A stretch of 54,867 bases of DNA, the filler included, from Sphacelaria rigidula (Eukaryota), in assembly GCA_964200075.2 (NCBI GenBank). It is 4 parts of 4 records of this genome, joined end to end, with 100 filler letters (N's around TTAATTAATTAA, not from the genome) between each part and the next. Parts side by side here need not be neighbours in the genome. Positions count along the whole stretch, not along the records: positions 13,745 to 27,386 come from CAXNAA020002749.1; positions 27,487 to 41,127 come from CAXNAA020002750.1; 2 more parts are not named here. One strand, written 5' to 3'. Below, in pieces: positions 22,351 to 35,805 of the stretch. The position numbers and the translations under genes were made by a program. How positions within the stretch are numbered: position 1 is the stretch's first letter; the number at the start of each line of letters is the position of its first letter. Under the pieces are notes generated by a model. That model was given only the letters and a program-made list of their open reading frames with translations, was not told where the DNA came from and searched no databases.

Positions 22351-23939
22351 TAATAACGCTGAAAAATCCAAAACGAGCAATGATTACACCAACAGTGCAT
22401 GTGGTATGGCATGCACGCAGGGTGTGCCGGGTGCGGCCATCGTGCCGACACTGAGCTTTCGACAGGCAAGCGCTAGACGGAGGCCTGAAACACCAACCCG
22501 CTCGCTCAACCACGTGTACTGAAGCTGATGTCATCTTACTTGCTGGGTGACAAACTCAAACTCGATAAATTTGATGTACAACAGCGTTCACCGGGGCTGC
22601 TAGCGGCCATCCACGCCTACACTACTGTCATCCTCGAAAAACGCGGGGGTACTGGCGAAGGTCGGAAATCTCAGAACCAGTGGTATCGAGCACCTCAAGT
22701 ATTCAACGAGTTAATCCGTTGACTGCGATAATTCCTGCGCCTACATCTCTTCAAGCCCAGTTTTCCAGTTCGGTAAGGCTCGGATGTCTCGAAAGCCACT
22801 CGAAAAACATTCAGCTGGAGATGATAAACTGAATATGAAAATGCATATGTCGCTGCAGACACGACCTTTCTCAACGTCAAGTTGTCAAGTGTCTGTTTTC
22901 GAAACTTCGGACCCTAGCGAACCATACAAGCGGGCTAGATCCCGCTCAGTGAGGCGATGCCTAGTGCCAAACACATTCGGTGGCGATACTTTCTATTTTC
23001 GGGACAAAAATGGTATCAATTACTTGAAGAAAAAAAAACGAACAATGGAATCCAGTGCCCATAAGACATGGTCTCCCACGCGGCTCCGATATCAAGTTAC
23101 CCATCACTGTGGCCATCTATTTTCCTTATTTTCTCCTTTTGTCTCAGTCTACTTCATTGTTCTGTTCTGCTTTTTTTCCGCGTCTTCTTTCTTCAGCGGG
23201 TATTTCAGCTTTGTTTTGTCCCACGTAAGTCCGTCATGCGACCACGGCTGGATCGCTGGGGGGTCAGTTATAGTGCGACAATCAACAAAAAGAAGCCGAC
23301 GAGATGAAAAAACCAAATCCGATTATTTTCCTTGTCAGTTTCCAAGATGCGATGCGAGATGATTTTTTTTGCCCACAATGTGTGCTACCCAGCCGGGATA
23401 GCCGGAATAACCAGGATGTAGTGACGATCGAAACGAGTACCATGAGAGTGTAATAGCTACAGCGCACAGCTGGCAGGAAGCATGGGTGCGGTCGCGGGCT
23501 CTCCTCATTGAGTTATGTTCCGAGTGGATAACACATTGCAAAAACGAAGGTTACAGCCAGCATTCACGCGGGTACGGGCTCTCCTCATTGGATTGCTTGA
23601 TTGCTTGATTGTCGCACCTTGAATGATCCCTCAAGGATCCAGCCATGGTCACAGGATAGACGTGTTTTCCGCGTGAACTGCTTATCGCAACAATGTCGAA
23701 TACAAGAGTAATGTCCCTCAGCAGAGCGCAGCAGATGGTATATTCAAACAGTTCCCACACAAGTGCACGCATTGATCACCACCCCGCACTCAGTAGCGAG
23801 ACACGAATCGGGCAGCCGATGCACGCAACCTTGGCAACAGACGGCACAGTACGGATGTTGTGTTCATGGGGGCGATGCTGTACTTATCTGCCGCGTTACA
23901 TGTCTATAGCCCTGCTTACACATGTGGTGGCAAAGTTAA

Positions 23940-24656
23940 CCCTTAAACAGCGAGCCCCCCGCAGGTGGACTGAGTTGGACCATGCCATATTTTGGGTTCA
24001 AAACTGCTCTTTTTTCGCTACACAAAACGCCTTTTTCATGAACATGTGGATATTTTATCGTCTACATAGAAAATAGTCCCGGAGAACCCCTGATCGGTTT
24101 TGACCCTGCAGTTATTTGCGTGCAGAGTCGGTATGTATGTGTGCTGTCTGTCTTCACTGGACACAACGGAAAGAGACAGTATAAATGTGCCATTGCTCTC
24201 CACTAAACACAATTTACTGGATGCTGCTGATGCCTCTGCCTAGTGTTCAACAACACTACAAAAAGTGTGAAGCTGTGCTGGCAGCACGTGAGGGGTCAGG
24301 CAGGCGGTGTGGACCACGAGAAGAATACAAGACAAGTTACTTGTACCCACGTAATCTATGGTTGATTTCCCATTACCAAAATGACTCGTGAGGGTAGACA
24401 GGGAACTAGTCTAATGTAGTCCACCCGAACCGGAAGAACGCGCTCATTTTGACGATCGTGATTGGTCAGAATGACCATCCCGCGCCTGATGCACGGCTCA
24501 TAATTTCCCGCGGGAAGCTTCCAAACACACATGATTGACTTGGTGAACTTTTCGGCTCCTCCGCGGACAGACCCCCCCCTGCCACTGGAAACCCCCGAAT
24601 GTCTCCGGACTGTCAGCCTGTGAAACTATTCCGAGGCGACGCTCGCTGTCTACGGG
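23940..24656. mobile_element. piggyBac-like non-autonomous element (717 bp)
   Basis: TTAA|CCCTTAAACAGCGAGC ... GCTCGCTGTCTACGGG|TTAA; TIR match 14/16. Confidence 0.8.
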
Positions 24657-26621
24657 TTAAATGCAGTGCGCAGTTGTTTTCAGCGGTACAAGGGTTGGGG
24701 GCCTCACAAGGTCAGCCAAAACTTCGTGTGGCGGGCTCCGTCTTCAAGTCAAGTTTGTACCATATTTATGGAATATCTGAATAATTGAAAATATTTACCG
24801 CAAAAAGTAAACGCCTGGCTTGTGCAATTTTGCAAGGTAACGTGCGAGTATTAGTACATCAGCTGACCAGTCAACAACGTTTTGAACTTCCACCTGTGTA
24901 GTCCTCTCTGCCATCGATCAGCTTGTAGTGGAAGACTTTCGTGGTGGGCAACATCGTGGCGGGCATTACATTTCAACACCTGAGCAGGTGGGTGACGCCT
25001 ACAATAAAATTAACAAAATTACTTGAAAAATCAAAGTGTATAATCATGTACTGTATAATGCAACTCAATCCCTACCCACCATACTGCAGACGGCCTGTAG
25101 CATTCCATTACGCGCCGTATGCTACAAGTCAACCCTAGGTCGACCACTGCTAATAACCTAACTACTGTATATAGGTGAAATATGTAGAGGTCAGTGGCTG
25201 GGGAGCGTAGAATGCGCAGTATGCTGTCGTCTGTAGTGGTGCTTGCAAACATGGAGATTTTTCAGCTTCAGCAGCGGGATTACGCGGGTTAGAAGATCAG
25301 TCGACGTTATTGTTCCGAAAGGAAGTCTGGAACCAAATCGGCTCGTTGAAATTTGCCGTACTGCACCGGCAGCGCGGTACATGCAGTACACAGTCAGTAA
25401 GTATCACCCGCGCATGATGAGGTTTTTAACCTCGAGTTACTCCGTGAAAGGGACCTTCATGTTCGAGCAAAACATCGTGAATCGAGATATCGAACTTTCT
25501 TTCGACAGAAAAAATCCTTGGTGTGAGCGATGCAGCTCTCGACAAATTGAAATTGCAAAACTTCATTTCGGGGGTGGTATACTCCGTCATCTACAGCGCC
25601 GTCTGTTTTGCTGGAACAAACGGACAGGGGCGCACAGGCCAAGGGTCTAAGGTGGGCACGAAGTAGAGGCTCGGGGCGCAAGATGGTGCATTGGCTGCGA
25701 ACGAAGGGGGCCTTGCCATAAAGCAATACACTGCAATTGCTCATACTTGCACGGTCTACCCGCTCAGTACAGTTTTGTTCCACACGGGACACGTTGCACC
25801 TTCACCGCACAACAATGTGACAATACATGCCGGGTATGACAGGGTGAAGGCGGCAGCAGCACGCCTGGTTCAGTTGTCAATCTCCATCTCCCTTACATAG
25901 CAAGACAGTGAAGACATATCATACGCTCCCCCTATACCGACCACAATAGTGCTGCACAGCAGATACCTCTGCCGTCGTTCTTCTTCGCGCTCTGCGCAAG
26001 GCTATGTTGTAAGGCAAGCAGTATACTTGTATAACAGTGCATGCTGAACGCCCATCCAACAACACCAGTGCAATCCAGGCTGGAAGAAAAAAGGGCGGCT
26101 CTATTTGGCTCCAGAAAAGACGAACTCATTTTTGAAATAGGAGGATGTGCAATTGAATTTTCGGTGCAAGAAAAGACAAAGATGTACACCAGCTTTACTT
26201 ACATCGGCCAGGTTCTTCCGCAGAACCGCCTCCGCATCCATTGCGTTTGCCGAGAGCACACAGCTATCCGCAGGCCCCAAAGTGAGGACAAGATAGCCAA
26301 CAGTGACCTTCAGGTTCAATTTGTTTTTCAAGTTTATATACTTCCCTGACGTTCAGACCCGTGATCGAAGGATACATGCCCTGCGGGTTCGAAGGTATAA
26401 GGCCACCCATATAAGTAGAATGAGCGGTCATTCCTCTCAAGATTACAATTATTCAATATCTAAAGCAGAGACTACCAGAGACTTGCCGTCGAACGGTTGC
26501 AAAGATGGCTATAAACACCGCATTTGGATAATGGCATTTTCTACCGAGTACTTTTGCGGAACGTGTCTGGGCTATCAAGGCGCTCGTTGTACGTTGTAGG
26601 TTGTGCAGAGCTGAGGAAAAC

Positions 26622-26732
26622 ATGAGTACTTCTCCAGGAGGTAGTGTTCAGGCTCCTGCGTTGAAGCTGCTATGGCAAGCTGTTACGTCAGATCCCATGG
26701 ACTTTCAGTCGTGGACCGCTCTTTTGTCCCAG
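26622..26732 (+). CDS. First coding exon of a PRP39-like (HAT-repeat) protein
   Basis: MSTSPGGSVQAPALKLLWQAVTSDPMDFQSWTALLSQ|GT resembles the PRP39 N-terminal motif LW..V...P.DF..WT.LL. No further exons recognised; a gap follows. Confidence 0.55.
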
Positions 26733-27385
26733 GTACTGCACATGTCCCGTGTAGTTCGCCGAAACGAACCTCTAGATAAGATATCTCGCCGCAACGCACG
26801 GTAAATGGAGGGACCTTTCTTGGGTGACAGTGCAAGGCCCAAGTCACTGGCAGTGGCTGATTTTATTACGTTAGTTTCCCCGAACGATGAGCCTCCATCC
26901 TCTTGCCTTCCAGACCGTTCACACATGCTAATTTCAACTAAGTTTTGACGCCACGCCGTTTGGCGCATTCCAGCTGCTGTAGATATGATCGCTGCGTTAC
27001 CGCGCCATACGCCTCAACGACAGTACAGTAGTGCGAAATACAGCCCAGTGAATGTAGAAACAGCGCAGTCAGTCAACTGGTATCGACTGGCGTCGAAGAG
27101 CACTGCACTATACTCTCACGAAGCCAACAGGTAGGGCCTAATCGTAGTTTGCACTTGCAAATGCAGAATAGGCTGCACCATCCTTGACGTACACAGACAG
27201 TAGTGTCGCTCCGCAGGACTGTGTTGTACTGTCTGTCTCAACTGGCCGCAGAAGATACGTGTAGGACGGTGCCATGTGAAGGAATGATGGAAGGGAGGCA
27301 AGGGGGTGGGGGGGGGGGGGGGGGGGGCCCCCAGGTCCTTGCAGGCGGGAGTCATTTGTCCCTTGCCGCAACCCCCAAAAAGCCG

Positions 27386-27486
27386 GNNNNNNNNNNNNNN
27401 NNNNNNNNNNNNNNNNNNNNNNNNNNNNNNTTAATTAATTAANNNNNNNNNNNNNNNNNNNNNNNNNNNNNNNNNNNNNNNNNNNN
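27386..27486. other. Assembly gap with artificial spacer
   Basis: N-run, TTAATTAATTAA, N-run. Confidence 0.95.
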
Positions 27487-30329
27487 GTTGACGCGGTGCG
27501 GGAGTGGTGATAGTCATGACCCAATCCGCGAGACCAGAATGCAAGGCGTGTACCGGGGAGATATGGGTTTATTGATTCCTTGAGACCACGGACTCGTCCC
27601 GGGGAAGGGGAGGGGTTCAAACTGCGACAAAGAAATGAATAAATAATAATAAAAGTAGATGAATGAGCAAGGATAGTTACACGGGAGTCGACGAGCTGCG
27701 AAGGAACCGTTCCAGTGCTCGGTAGAACATTTGTCGAAAGATTTTGAGGGGATGAACAGGTGGATTGATCCCCTGAGATTACTCGTCTACGGGACTGGGC
27801 AAGGAAAGGAGAGGCCTTGTGAAGAACGGTGCGGCAAATGTACATATTTCTCAGACAGCTGTTTTTAGTGGACCTTTTTGGTTGCAAGAGTAATTGTGCT
27901 TATTTTTTAATTTTTTTCTGCCCCTGATGCCGTATTTTTGTGATCCGGACTCATGCCGTTGCGTTCCTTCGTGATTTGCTGCATATTGTTAGCCCGCTGT
28001 TAACATTTCAGTGATGTTGATTGTTGCATATATATATATATATATATTGATGTTATTTATGTACTGCATGTTGTGCTCTTTCTTTTGTCAGGCTCCATTT
28101 AAAAAAATGGTCACCTCAACATCTTGGGACGAGTCAGTCCATAGTTGCGAAGCATCAACTCGCTATTTACCACCTGCCTGATATTTTGGTATCGAAGATT
28201 GGATGATGACTATTCTCGCATCCCGTCGTCTCTCGTCAAACTTCTTCGCTACTACTGACTTATTTCCTCGCGCTTTTAAATGCGGAAACCAGACTTGAGC
28301 TTTAGAAAACACGCATGGTATACAGATATATATATATATATATATATGCATGATCATGAGCACACACCCCCCTTGTCCTCTTTTTACGTTCTTGTCCCAG
28401 GGCGCGATCAAAAATTGTTTTATCCGAGGTTCGGTGGTGCGATACATACAGATTCCATCCTCAGACGTAGATACGGAGCTGCTGCAGGATGCGTGTCGCA
28501 AGGAAAGTGCGCAAGGAAAATGACCACAACGTGTGACGGGGCAGAATGATCTTTCCATCTTTGGACAACAATAGCAGTATATATGATCTGTACTGGTCAG
28601 ATCATTCTGCTCAGTGCGCACTATTATCAGTATGTTTGATGCATGGGGGTGATCTGTTCTATCGTACGTATGGAAAATTACTTGAAAAACGGAGGGAACA
28701 GTCAATCTAGTTCCCAGTAATGTTTTTTTGAATTATTATTACAGGGGCAGGGGGCAAGTGTTAGTGTAGTGTGTGGAGTACATCATTTAGATAGTACGGT
28801 AGGGGAAGAGGTGGCGGAGAGGCCATGTGACGCCATCGTGTCGTGTAGTAAAATGTGTTGTCTGTTGTGGTCCAGTTCTTGCTTCTTTTTTCCTTCTTTT
28901 TTTTCAATGGTTTTCTGGCTCGGAGTAAGAGCTTCGGTTAATTCTTCACGTGGGTATCAAGCGTTATTTCACATGTGGAGTTTGTCATTGTGCTCGTACG
29001 TTCGTGTTGAACAAATGGTACTTCTCTCTCGCTCTCTACGTGGTTGATTTCGAAATCCCGTCTCTCTGCGGTAGCCTCAGTCCTTGATTTTTAGTGTAGC
29101 ACTTCCGCGCGACCCCCCTGTGTGTAATGTACCCGCCGCATTGGTAAGCCTACTTTGGAATTTCGCGAGTCTTAGAACAGCAGTGACTTTTTTTTGCTTC
29201 AATGAACAAAGTTGCAGCAGATACTCCCCCCCTGCGCGCGCGCGCTCCCAAATCGTGCTGGTAGTAATTCTACTGTGAAAAAATGATGGTATCTAGTAGG
29301 TGGAAGGGGGGGCATCGCTCCTTGTCCCTTTTAGTGACAAGGGATGGGATTTTGCTTTGGGTAATACGTGTTTGATTTTTCTGTTTGGAGGGGGCAGCGA
29401 TAGGGGAAAGGGGGACGACGAAACACAGGTGACATGCGGCGAATAAGAACTGTCTGCGTGACTATTTCGGGGTGTAGGGATGTGGCGAGGAGGGAAGGGA
29501 GAGAGAGAAAGAGTACCGCCGGTCATTATCCAAAGTACCGTAGGTGCTATTCGGGGTATATCACCCAGGGGCTGTGCAAACCAACACCAACGCCGCGGAC
29601 AGTAGTGCTATGGCATTGCAGAACCGCGTTTTATTCCAGATAAAGTCGAGTTTGGGTCGCCAACGCCCCCGGGTAACATTCTCCGCATCATAGTATCGTA
29701 GGGTACGGAACGAAAGAAAAGCGAGATGTGAAGATGACGGATGGAGGGAGGGAAGGGTGAAGAAGTGGCTGAGGGGGGGATGGGGGCGCACGTGGGGGGC
29801 GGGGGTTATTGTGAAGCGTTTTGGTGCGAAGATATTGTTTTTTTCGCAAGTTGACGAATATAACTCTTTTAACTGTATCTGACGGAATATATACACATAT
29901 ACACATGTATGTATGGGTTGATCGAGTACGAACGTGAATGATATCGATATGTGGACGGCAGTATATCAACTGCAGTATTCCAGTAGTTTTTTGGCACTTT
30001 TTGGCGCTTTTTGGCGCTGGGTGAGAGTGGTCGACGTAAGTTTGGCCTCGCTTTCGTCAGATATATTTTGGTAGCCGTGTATTAGCTGCGAGAATCGATT
30101 TGGTTTTACAATATCCCCCCCCTCCCTTGAAAAAAGCCAACCATCTCTCATGACCATACTACATTATGTTTGTAACGATGTCACGGTTGGCCGATCAGAT
30201 ACGAGATACAAGTAGTCTGTGCCCCTGGCACTCTGGCTGGCAGCCCAATGAAAGACCAGCAGTATGCGCCACATGCTTCTCATCTCTTTTCCGTGGGGGA
30301 AGGACGAAGCCTTACCGAACACTTATCCC

Positions 30330-30549
30330 CGTGACGCCAGCCATTGAAAGAACTGCTGGATCACTGATGTTGAGGGACTCCCCGGTCTTACTGGCCTCAG
30401 TTTTAGTTGTCAGCCTTTACAACATTCGGTTATTCAGCAGTGCCCTCGTAGGCACAGCCTCCTAGACACGCCAGGGTATCAACCTAGTGTCCCCGGTCAT
30501 TATCCAGATCATCACTACCAACTCAACGTAACGGCGTTATTTCGTCACA
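30330..30549 (-). repeat. 3' LTR of G3 (220 bp)
   Basis: Direct repeat of 34492-34711, adjacent to the PPT. Confidence 0.9.
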
Positions 30550-30624
30550 GCACCCCCAAAGAGCATTGGACAAAAATCGATCAACAAGCTTGACACATTC
30601 GAAAACGCCAAAACGATGAGTAAG

Positions 30625-32230
30625 TCACAACTGAATACCAAACTCATTCGAAATTCGATCAGCGCCGGCACGAGTCATGCGCAATTTACGCAATCCCTTC
30701 GTAAGAAATTCCGGAGCGGCCTCAAAAATATCCTTGAAAGGCTTCCACGTACACTCCTCAACTTCGAAACCAACCCAGTCGACCAACACGATCAACGAAC
30801 GATCGTCTGCTTCTGCCACTCGGACAATACCAGCCATATGAAATTGCCCTTGATTGAAAGCATGCTGGAACACGTCCTAAACGTCAGCAATAACATTAAG
30901 CTGCGAGTCTGCATAAAAACGCAAACGAGCTACATGGGCGGTCTGAACACGACCCGAAACAATGTTTTGAATCTCAAACACGTGCGGGCGGTGAGCACCA
31001 ACCACTCTCCGTGGATCAGTCCAAGTCGCCATCAACTTGGGCGTAACACCCGGACGACGCACGCGTCCATACAAGACATAGTCGCCTGCTTCGAAATTCG
31101 GCAATTCCAGCCCCGACGAGGACCCCTCACGTCTACGCGCACGTTCAGCGGCAACACGTTCCTGCACTTGAACGTGGAAACGTTCTTGCAAGTCCAAGAC
31201 TCCTTGCAAAGCACTCTTGATTTGAACATCGTCCAAAACATCACACTTCCATTCCCCCGCCGACGAAGACGCCAGCACCGAGAAGGACGTCCGAGGGGCA
31301 CGACCAAACATCACGTGGTGCGGCGTACTATCGTAACAACGACGATACGCTGTGTTGAGCGCCCATTGCACCGCGGGCAACACGTCCACCCACTCGGAAA
31401 CCGCTCTACGCTGCTCGAGGGGAATAGAGCGAAGAGCACGAACTACTTCCTGGACCATGCGTTCGCACGTACCTTTAGACCACGGATAATACGCAACCGC
31501 AAACTGGTGATCAACGCGCAAAGTCTCTCGCAATCGGGCCAAGATCGCATTCTTGAAATGCGTGGCGGTATCACTCACCCACACACGCGGCACCCCCAAA
31601 GTTTTGCATCAATTCAGCAAAGATGCAGCAGTTGATTCAGCAGTACACACTGCTACTGGTTTCAGAGCCACAAGGTTGCTCAAATTATCCATGAATACCA
31701 AAATGTATCGAAACCCAGCATCCTCCGACAAACCTTGGGAAGCTAGCGGGCCACCCTCGCCTACGTACAAGAAGTCGAAATGAACGACTTCATTCGGCGT
31801 GGTCCAATGGGTCGTTTCATCGAGCGGGCGAGGAATAACATCGACAGCCCTCGAGTCAGCTTAGTGAAGATACTGCCGGACAAATTCGCGCACATGAGTT
31901 TCTATCCCCTGTCAGACACAAAACTCTTGCAAGCGCACGAGCGTCGCAGCCACACCACGATGCCCAGCGTCGCGTATGTGCGCGCATATCATCAGACGTA
32001 CCTGCAACTGCTTGTCAGAACTCGGAATCCACAAAACGTTTCGGCCACGCACATGCACACGACACAGACCTTCATTGTCCAAGATAGCAGTGCCAACGTC
32101 CGACTCGAAAGATTGCATATCCGCATCTTCGGCCCCAAGGTCTTTCCGTTGCGCTTGGCGGACGACAGATTTGGGCAGCATCGAGTCATCAGGTTCACAC
32201 GGACCATACACAGCCGCAGCGCGCACAGGC
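30625..32230 (-). pseudogene. Integrase plus chromodomain of G3 (disrupted)
   Basis: HIRDAGHRG zinc-finger half, WVSDTATHF..GTCERMVQE core, KLMATWTDP (GPY/F-like) and LVDWVGFEVEECTWKP chromodomain. Confidence 0.88.
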
Positions 32231-32399
32231 ATTTGAATTTCAACTGTGGGCACCTGCATGACCAAACTACCCCGATGGCACTCGGATGCATCCGGAAACA
32301 TCAACACCTGACAACCAGAACGAGAATGGAACAGCGTCACGGCATGATGAGCCACCAGATTCTTCGCTGCCGCCCACGCCTGCAGCCTGCCCTCCGTCC

Positions 32400-34183
32400 A
32401 CGATCCAGCCTTCTCCGGAAACGCCATATCTGGACTGAACCACCCCGCTGCAAATTCCGTAACACCAACCCGAGCGCCAAAAGAGCCGCCATGCACAACG
32501 TCAACCAACTCGACTTAACTGGATCGTACTGCCGCGGCTTCGTCTTCGCCGCGGACGCCCCAGGTTTTTAGCTGAACACGCATGGGCTCCACGCGCGCAG
32601 GGGGATCACCTCGCAGCGCATGACGAAACGCGTTGACGCGGCAATGCAATATGCCGCGCAGGCGCTCTGCTGTTGAGACGCTGAGACCTGTCGCCCCAGC
32701 ATCCGTCACGCTCTCCTCCAGCGCGACCTTCCGAGCGGACTCCTTCTGCCGGAATCATTAACATCTCCGGGCCGAGCTCTACTAAGTGTTCCATCGCCGC
32801 ATCCCGCTCCTCGGTCACCTGCCCTCCAGTCTCCTGAAAAGCATCCACCGACAAACTCACGCGACGACTGGCCAAAAGGACGGGCATCTCCAAGCGTGGA
32901 CCAGGCGGAGACATCCGCGTCTTCATGGAGTCCCACAACCACCGAGCGTTGACTCCAATATCTTGAAGCATCTTCAACCCCAGAAGAATGACGCCATCCG
33001 ACCCAAGCATGATCGCAAACGAGATCGGAGGCAACTGCGCCGGCCCCCAGGAAGTCATCAAAGTCAGCTGCAGGGGAACAGTACGCTCTGTGACGTGAAG
33101 ATGCTGACCCGACGCGGTGACGGCCTGCCGCGCCCCGAGCGAAAACGGAATGCGCAGCGGCACACCCAGGAGAAGACGCTCCAACATCTCTACAATCTGT
33201 ATCGACAGACTCACATGACCCGTCAAGTGGGCGCCAGAATCCCACTTAGCCTGAACCGCAATGGCTCCACACTCCCCTTGATTTGAGAGACACAGCTCCG
33301 CAGGAACGTAGTTGTCCGCAAACTCCACTGGCAATTTATTTGCCGACCGATGCGCCGCTAATCTCACTTGACGCCACGGCTGCGCAAGCTGCGCAGGCAA
33401 AGACGCCCCGGCAGGTTCAAACGGCACCGCCGGCGGGTATGACCCCCACCCAGCAGACCAAGAATTTGGCGAACCTCCGGCCAGCGCGTCAGCAGGCCTC
33501 GCGCCTGCCGCTGCTGCCGGTGTCGCCGCCGGCGCCACCACCGGCGCCGGCACAGTGTTCGACACTGTATAAGTCGGTCCCACCTGCACCGCCCGTTGCG
33601 GAGCACCAGTACCTACGGCGGCGCCGGACCCATAACCAGGCCCATGCTGACGCCGCTGCCCCTGTTGTTGTTGTTGCTGCTGCTGCTGCTGCGGGCTCGT
33701 CTGCGACCCTCCATCGCCGGAGGATCCGCCGCGGCCATCACCCCGATTTCCTCATCTTTTGCCCTTGTGCTGACGATGCTGATGGCGCGCGGCATGAGAC
33801 TGCCCAGACTCTCCACGGGGAGACGTTGGGCAATCGCGCGCGTAATGACCGACCTGGCTACAACAGTGGCGAATGCCCACCGCATGCCCAGCATGCTTTT
33901 TTATCGCCGCAACCAATTGCGGCGGGGTGATTGTGATCATCTCATGCTCCAAACGAGCAAACACTCTCTGCACATAAGTTGGCATTTGTTGAACCACTGG
34001 CACCACCTAATGCCGCACAGCACCCCCTGCGTTAGCGTGCTTCGCACGCTTCTTATACTCAAAGAACGTCGTAATAAAAGTGCGAGATGCACTCTCCGAG
34101 TACCTATCCCCGTATTGGGGAGGTCGCAACTTTTTCCGCATAACCACGGGCGTCACGCTGGTCGTAGTACACGAACCGGTCGC
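32400..34183 (-). pseudogene. Gag, protease and RT N-terminus remnant of G3
   Basis: LRPPQY..SRTF..EYKKR.KHANAGGAVRH is nearly the same as G1 gag; PAQLPPISFAIM protease region; many indels. Confidence 0.85.
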
Positions 34184-34491
34184 CATGCGCGTAGCTGCAA
34201 CCGGCGACCTGCGAACTTTCATAGGCCAGCTGACTTTCACGAATTGCACTCTTCCTTGCCTCGTCGCCGCACCACACAGTCGTAGGAGCCTCCAAACTCC
34301 CGCTACACGCAGCTTCAGCAAGTCTCGAGTCTGGATCAATCACAGGCCAGCCGCCCTTCTGCAGCTGCTTCAGCTGGAACCCTCTCCACGCGTCCGTGGT
34401 GTATTAGGTTTCCACAGCTACCAGACTCCTACCGGAATCCTTTCCAGCAGGTTTCTAGCACCAACATTCGCACTAGCACTAATATCGATAT

Positions 34492-34711
34492 TGTGTAGCC
34501 AGCCAGTGGAAGAACTGCTGAATCACTGCTGTTGAGGGACTCTCCAGTCTTACTGGCCTCAGTTTCAGTTGTCAGCCTCTACAACATCCCATTATTCGGG
34601 AGTGCCCTCGTAGGCACAGCCTCCTAGATACGCCATGGTATCAACCTAGTGTCCCCGGTCATTATCCAGATCATCACTACCAACTCAACGTAACGGCGTT
34701 ATTTCGTCACA
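34492..34711 (-). repeat. 5' LTR of G3
   Basis: TG...CA termini; direct repeat of 30330-30549. Confidence 0.9.
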
Positions 34712-34960
34712 CCCCGCAAGCGGGTTCGTGTGCCGATTACTCGGAGTCTCGGCTACACCGCCTCATGGAGGTCATGTGGGGTAGGCGCCTTGAGCGTTAG
34801 GAAAAAATTGCTCAAGGCAGTGTGGGGGTTGAACGCATTAAACCCCCTGTCACCTTGGCGTATTGCACGCGCCGCTCTACTCTTATGAGCTTCAGTCCTA
34901 GGTCCTCCCGACCTGGTATACTGTAGTTCACGTGTACCAATTGGACCACCGGGGCGCGCG
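34712..34960 (-). mobile_element. tRNA-headed SINE, 5' part (continues at 30285-30329 beyond the G3 insertion)
   Basis: Head GCGCGCCCCGGTGGTCCAATTGG; body homologous to 22085-22350. Confidence 0.72.
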
Positions 34961-35663
34961 TCATCAACTGTACGTCATTTTCCACGACCGTCTTAATTTT
35001 CCTAGGTATAACAGTGTTTTCGTGAGATTGAGAGTAGCAGATCGGATTGAGAGTCAACCCTTACTCGAAAGATGGTCACATGAACCTTTCGAATTGTTGC
35101 GCGACACGTTGACGTGTAGCATAATAAGAAGCTAGTTAACCGTCGTTAGGCTACGTTTCAGAGTGGTTGATACAGCTTTACAAGTATCGCTACCCCTTAC
35201 CCTAACCCCAACCCAACGCAAACCGAGCCGGAAACCATCGGGCAAGGGCGGAACATACTTCCCCTAGGCAAAGTGAGCGTTGGTACACCTCAAATCGGCG
35301 CCTGTGGCGCCGATTTCAACGAAAACGCATTCTGTGCACGCGAGGATCACACGGGACTGTCAGCCCCACTAACATGCTGATTCTCGTCGTTTGCACTCAA
35401 TGCAGCAGAGATTGCCGGCGTTGGGCTACGTTTTAGGATTATTATTATTACAGTACTCGATTTGAGTGCGAACGACGAGAATCGGAATTTTAGTGGGGCT
35501 GACAATCCCTTGTGCTCCTCGCGTGCACATAACACGTTTTCGTTGAAATCGGCGCCACCGGCGCCGATGTGGGGTCTAACACGGCCGCACTTTGCCTACG
35601 GAATGTATGTTCCGCCCTTGCCCGAGGGTTCTCGGTATGCGTTGGGTCGGGGGGTTAGAGTAG

Positions 35664-35805
35664 CACACGCCGGACAACTTATGGGTTAATTCAGTTCTGT
35701 GATATGATCCATCCAGTGGAAAATGGTACCGCTGAGTTATACAGTATATCTCAACAGCTGGGTTGTACGACAATGAGTTATATGAGATGAGTTGTCCGGT
35801 GTGTG
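35664..35805. mobile_element. Small MITE (142 bp), 16-bp TIR
   Basis: CACACGCCGGACAACT / AGTTGTCCGGTGTGTG. Absent from the two homologous arms. Possible degenerate 8-bp TSD. Confidence 0.75.

Larger units (their letters stand above)
30330..34711 (-). mobile_element. Ty3/gypsy element G3 with both LTRs, RT core deleted, chromodomain retained
   Basis: LTRs at 30330-30549 and 34492-34711, PPT TTTGGGGGTGC, TSD about CCCC. Degenerate gag, protease (WDSGA), partial RNase H, integrase and chromodomain. Confidence 0.93.

Noticed and set aside
21777-22469. 230-aa minus-strand ORF as a gene
   Set aside because: Its central part is the antisense of a SINE copy (22085-22350), and no protein family is recognisable.
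30616-31635. 339-aa plus-strand ORF (and similar ORFs at 31780, 33283, 33596, 12812)
   Set aside because: Antisense shadows of gypsy gag/pol.
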